Shown here piece by piece: positions 58,701 through 64,000 of a DNA stretch of 64,000 nt. Below the pieces are notes generated by a model. It did not search any database, was not told the DNA's origin, and was given only the letters and a program-made list of their open reading frames with translations. This DNA comes from Eutreptiella sp. 'Long Island Sound 2002' (lineage: Eukaryota > Protista > Euglenida), in NCBI GenBank assembly GCA_964036045.1, contig OZ038378.1:160766001-160830000 (forward strand), given 5' to 3'. A program made the translations under genes and the position numbers. The first letter of the stretch is position 1. Each line of letters starts with the position of its first letter.

Positions 58701-61700
58701 TAAGTGGGACCAAGTGGAAAGAGGTGGGGAAAATTGGGGAAAATTGGGACTAAGTGGGACCAAGTGGAAACAGGTGGGGAAAGCTGGGAAAAATTGGGAC
58801 CAAGTGGGACCAAGTGGAAACAGGTGGGGAAAACTGGGAAAAATTGGGACTAAGTGGGACCAAGTGGAAACAGGTGCGGAAACTTGGGAAAAATTGGGAC
58901 TAAGTGGGACCAAGTGGAAACAGGTGGGGAAAACTGGCAAAAATTGGGACTAAGTGGGACCAAGTGGAAAGAGGTGGGGAAAATTGGGGAAAATTGGGAC
59001 TAAGTGGGACCAGGTGGAAACAGGTGGGGAAAGCTGGGAAAAATTGGGACTAAGTGGGACCAAGTGGAAACAGGTGGGGAAAACTGGGAAAAATTGGGAC
59101 TAAGTGGGACGAAGTGGAAACATCTGCGGAAACTTGGGAAAAATTGGGACTAAGTGGGACCAAGTGGAAACAGGTTGGTGAAAACTGAGAAAAATTGGGA
59201 CTGAGTGGGACCAAGTGGAAACAGGTGGGGAAAAGTGGGAAAAATTGTGACTAAGTGGGACCAAGTGGAAACGGGTGGGGAAAAGTGGGAAAAATTGGGA
59301 CTAAGTGGGACCAAGTGGAAACAGGTGGGGAAAACTGGGAAAAATTGGGACTAAGTGGGACCAGGTGGAAACGGGTGGGGAAAGCTTGGAAAAATTGGGA
59401 CTAAGTGGGACCAAGTGGAAACAGGTGGGGAAAACTGGGAAAAATTGGGACTAAGTGGGACCAAGTGCAAACGGGTGGGGAAAACTGGGGAAGATTGGGA
59501 CTAAGTGGGACCAAGTGGAAACAGGTGGGGAAAACTTCGAAAAATTGGGGCTAAGTTGGACCAAGTGGAAACATGTGGGGAAAACTGGGGAAGATTGGGA
59601 CCAAGTGGGACCAAGTGGAAACAGCTGGGGAAAACTGGGGAAAATTGGGACTAAGTGGGACTAAGTCGAAACAGGTGGGGAAACCTGGGAAACATTGGGA
59701 CTAAGTGGGACCAAGTGGAAACAGGTGGGGAAGATTGGGAAAATTGGGACTAAGTGGGACCAAGTGGAAACAGGTGGGGAAAACTGCGGAAAATTGGGAC
59801 TAAGTGGGACCAAGTCGAAACAGGTGGGGAAAACTGGGAAAAATTCGGACCAAGTGGGACCAAGTGGAAACAAGTGGGCAAAACTGGGGAAAATTGGGAC
59901 TAAGTGGGACCGAGTGGAAACGGGTGGGGAAAACTGGGAAGAATTGGGACTAAGTGGGACCAAGTGGAAACAGGTGGGGAAAACTGAAAAAAAATGGGAC
60001 TAAGTTGGACCAAGTGGAAACAGGTGGGGAAAACTGGGAAAAATTGGGACTAAGTTGGACGAAGTGGAAACAGGTGGGGAAAACTGGCGAAAATTGGGAC
60101 TAAGTGGGACCAAGTGGAAACAGGTGGGGAAAACTGGGAAAAATTGGGACTAAGTGGGACCAAGTGCAAACGGGTGGGGAAAACTGGGGAAGATTGGGAC
60201 TAAGTGGCACCCAGTGGAAACAGGTGGGGAAAACTGGGAAAAATTGGGACTAAGTGGGACCAAGTGCAAACGGGTGGGGAAAACTGGGGAAGATTGGGAC
60301 TAAGTGGGACCAAGTGGAAACAGGTGGGGAAAACTGCGGAAAATTGGGACTAAGTGGGACCAAGTCGAAACAGGTGGGGAAAACTGGGAAAAATTCGGAC
60401 CAAGTGGGACCAAGTGGAAACAAGTGGGGAAAACTGGGGAAAATTGGGACTAAGTGGGACCGAGTGGAAACAGGTGGGGAAAACTGGGAAGAATTGGGAC
60501 TAAGTGGGACCAAGTGGAAACAGGTGGGGAAAACTGAAAAAAAATGAGACTAAGTTGGACCAAGTGGAAACAGGTGGGGAAAACTGGGAAAAATTGGGAC
60601 TAAGTTGGACGAAGTGGAAACAGGTGGGGAAAACTGGGGAAAATTGGGACTAAGTGGGACCAAGCGGAAACAGGTGGGGAAAACTGGGGAAAATTGGGAC
60701 TAAGTGGGACCAAGTGCAAACGGGTGGGGTAAACTGGGGAAGATTGGGACTAAGTGGGACCAAGTGGAAACATGTGCGGAAACTTGGGAAAAATTGGGAC
60801 TAAGTGGGACCAAGTGGAAACAGGTTGGTGAAAACTGGGAAAAATTGGGACTGAGTGGGACCAAGTGGAAACAGGTGGGGAAAAGTGGGAAAAATTGGGA
60901 CTAAGTGGGACCAAGTGGAAACGGGTGGGGAAAAGTGGGAAAAATTGGGACTAAGTGGGACCAAGTGGAAACAGGTGGGGAAAACTGGGGAAAATTGGGA
61001 CTAAGTGGGACCAGGTGGAAACGGGTGGGGAAAACTGGGAAAAATTGGGACTAAGTGGGACCAAGTGGAAACAGGTGGGGAAAACTGGGGAAAATTGGGA
61101 CTAAGTGGGACCAGGTGGAAACGGGTGGGGAAAGCTTGGAAAAATTGGGACTAAGTGGGACCAAGTGGAAACAGGTGGGGAAAAGTGGGAAAAATTGGGA
61201 CCAAGTGGGACCAAGTGGAAACAGGTGGGGCAAGCCGGGAAAAATTGGGACTAAGTGGGACCAAGTGGAAACAGGTGGGGAAAACTGGGAAAAATTGGGA
61301 CTAAGTGGGACCAAGTGGAAACAGGTGGGGAAAGCTGGGGAAAATTGGGACTAAGTGGGACCAAGTGGAAACAGGTGGGGAAAACTGGGGAAGATTGGGA
61401 CTAAGTGGGACCAAGTGGAAACAGGTGGGGAAAACTTCGAAAAATTGGGGCTAAGTTGGACCAAGTGGAAACATGTGGGGAAGATTGGGACCAAGTGGGA
61501 CCAAGTGGAAACAGCTGGGGAAAACTGGGAAAAATTGGGACTAAGTGGGACTAAGTCGAAACAGGTGGGGAAACCTGGGAAACATTGGGACTAAGTGGGA
61601 CCAAGTGGAAACAGGTGGGGAAAACTGGGGAAAATTGGGACTAAGTGGGACCAAGTGGAAACAGGTGGGGAAAACTGCGGAAAATTGGGACTAAGTGGGA

Positions 61701-64000
61701 CCGAGTGAAAACAGGTGGGGAAAACTGGGAAGAATTGGGACTAAGTGGGACCAAGTGGAAACAGGTGGGGAAAACTGAAAAAAAATGGGACTAAGTTGGA
61801 CCAAGTGGAAACAGGTGGGGAAAACTGGGAAAAATTGGGACTAAGTTGGACGAAGTGGAAACAGGTGGGGAAAACTGGGGAAAATTGGGACTAAGTGGGA
61901 CCAAGTCGAAACAGGTGGGGAAAACTGGGAAAAATTCGGACCAAGTGGGACCAAGTGGAAACAAGTGGGGAAAACTGGGGAAAATTGGGACTAAGTGGGA
62001 CCAAGTCGAAACAGGTGGGGAAAACTGGGAAAAATTCGGACCAAGTGGGACCAAGTGGAAACACGTGGGGAAAACTGGGGAAAATTGGGACTAAGTGGGA
62101 CCGAGTGGAAACAGGTGGGGAAAACTGGGAAGAATTGGGACTAAGTGGGACCAAGTGGAAACAGGTGGGGAAAACTGAAAAAAAATGGGACTAAGTTGGA
62201 CCAAGTGGAAACAGGTGGGGAAAACTGGGAAAAATTGGGACTAAGTTGGACGAAGTGGAAACAGGTGGGGAAAACTGGGGAAAATTGGGACTAAGTGGGA
62301 CCAAGTAGAAACGGGTGGGGAAAACTGGGAAAAATTGGGACTAAGTGGGACCAAGTGCAAACGGGTGGGGAAAACTGGGGAAGATTGGGACTAAGTGGGA
62401 CCAAGTGGAAACAGGTGGGGAAAACTGGGAAAAATTGGGACTAAGTGGGACCAAGTGCAAACGGGTGGGGAAAACTGGGGAAGATTGGGACTAAGTGGGA
62501 CCAAGTGGAAACAGGTGGGGAAAACTTCGAAAAATTGGGGCTAAGTTGGACCAAGTGGAAACATGTGGGGAAAACTGGGGAAAATTGGGACCAAGTGGGA
62601 CCAAGTGGAAACAGGTGGGAAAAACTGGGAAAAATTGGGCCGAAGTGGGACCAAGTGGAAACAGGTGGGGAAAACTGGGAAAAATTGGGACTAAGTGGGA
62701 CCAAGTGGAAACAGGTTGGGAAAACTGGGGAAAATTGGGACTAAGTTGGACCAAGTGGAAACAGGTGGGGAAACCTGGGAAAAATTCGGACTAAGTTGGA
62801 CCAAGTGGAAACAGGTGGGGAAAACTGGGAAAAATTGGGACTAAGTGGGACCAAGTTGAAACACGTGGGGAAAACTGGGAAAAATTGGGACTAAGTGGGA
62901 CCAAGTGGAAACAGGTTTGGAATACTGGGAAAAATTGGGACTAAGTGGGACCAAGTGGAAACAGGTGGGCAAAAATGGGAACAATTGGGACTAAGTGGGA
63001 CCAAGTGGAAACAGGTGGGGAAAACTGGGAAAAATTCGGACTAAGTGAAACCAAGTGGAAACAGGTTTACAATACTGGGAAAAATTGGGACTAAGTGGGA
63101 CCAAGTTGAAACACGTGGGGAAAACTGGGAAAAATTGGGACTAAGTGGGACCAAGTGGAAACAGGTGGGGAAGACTGGGAAAAATTGGGACTAAGTGGGA
63201 CCAAGTGGAAACAGGTGGGGAAAGCCGGGAAAAATTGGGACTAAGTGGGACCAAGTGGAAATAGGTGGGGAAAACTGGGAAAAATTGGGACTAAGTTGGA
63301 CCAAGTGGAATCAGGTGGGGAAAATTGGGGAAAATTGGGACTAAGTGGGACCAAGTGGAAACGGGTGGGGAAAACTGGGAAAAATTGGGACTAAGTGGGA
63401 CCAAATGGAAACGGGTGGGGAAAATTGGGTAAAATTGGGACTAAGTGGGACCAAGTGGAAACAGGTGGGGAAAGCTGGAAAAAATTGGGACTAAGTGGGA
63501 CCAAGTGGAAACAGGTGGGAAAAACTGGGAAAAATTGGGACCAAGCACGACCAAGTGGAAACAGCTGGGGAAACTGGGAAAAATTGGGACCAAGTGGGAC
63601 CAAGTGGAAACAGGTGGGGAAAACTGGGGAAAATTGGGACCAAGTTGGACCAAGTGGAAACAGGTGGGGAAAGCTGGGAAAAATTGGGACTAAGTTGGAC
63701 CAAGTGGAAACAGGTGGGTAAAACTGGGAAAAATTGGTACTAAGTGGGACCAAGTGGAAACGGGTGGGGAAAACTGGGAAAAATTGGGACTAAGTGGGAC
63801 CAAGTGGAAATAGGTGGGGAAAATTGGGAAAAATTGGGACTAAGTTGGACCAAGTGGAAACAGGTGGGGAAAATTGGCAAAAATTGGGACTAAGTGGGAC
63901 CAAGTGGAAACGGGTGGGGTAAACTGGGAAAAATTGGGACTAAGTTGGACCAAGTGGAAACAGGTGGGGAAAACTGGGAAAAATTGGGACTAAGTTGGAC
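49776..64000. repeat. 50-bp tandem satellite, at least 14.2 kb (~285 monomers), open at window end
   Basis: Consensus GGGACTAAGT GGGACCAAGT GGAAACAGGT GGGGAAAACT GGGAAAAATT; scattered substitutions, 1-bp indels and deletions in multiples of 10 bp. Confidence 0.99.
55108..57907 (-). repeat. Inverted block of the 50-bp satellite (2.8 kb)
   Basis: Plus strand switches from G-rich to C-rich at GGGAAAAATT|TCTCCTAG (55107/8) and back at CCAGTTT|GTGGGG (57907/8). Confidence 0.98.

Noticed and set aside
49776-64000. Dozens of ORFs (MGPSGNRWGKLGKIG... / MVPLSPNFSQF...) in the ORF track
   Set aside because: Translations of a 50-bp monomer that is not a multiple of 3; frames close at the recurring TAA, and starts are alternative codons shown as M. 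Not coding.
49776-64000. CRISPR array or telomere
   Set aside because: No unique spacers and no cas genes; the context is eukaryotic; there are no (TTAGGG)n-type arrays anywhere in the window.
1-64000. tRNA, rRNA, spliced-leader genes or SL relics
   Set aside because: No cloverleaf or rRNA-like sequence, and no match to the Euglena, Diplonema or dinoflagellate leader sequences as I recall them.

Overview
Eukaryotic, repeat-saturated DNA with GT-AG introns, microsatellites and no operons, running into a tandem satellite of at least 14.2 kb (49776 to window end). The gag-YR-RT/RH order of one retrotransposon points to a euglenozoan host (inference only). Host-like genes are few: one spliced gene built from two bacterial-type HhH-like repeats plus a 32-aa coiled-coil repeat (5856-8823), decayed WD40-like modules in two ~0.85 kb tandem arrays, and an intronless, micro-deleted NAD(P)HX epimerase (NAXE/YjeF-N) pseudogene. 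The rest is mobile DNA: (i) a full-length but stop-inactivated VIPER/TATE-type tyrosine-recombinase retrotransposon with complete split direct repeats A1-ORFs-B1A2-B2 (26212-31278); (ii) a family of GGGGG...CCCCC TIR elements with GCGCGC-centred subterminal repeats and 3-bp TSDs (PIF/Harbinger-like), whose copies carry different cargo sequences; (iii) two poly(A)-tailed retro-insertions with 18- and 27-bp TSDs; (iv) a hAT-type MITE and other MITEs; (v) a nested wreck of Gypsy-like gag, pogo-like transposase and stacked RNase H-bearing non-LTR retrotransposon copies. The satellite has a 50-bp monomer made of five 10-bp G/A-phased subunits, higher-order duplications, and a 2.8 kb inverted block with palindromic junctions. 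Sequence relatives of the monomer occur in dispersed elements earlier in the window. All calls come from reading the sequence by eye; no database searches were run.
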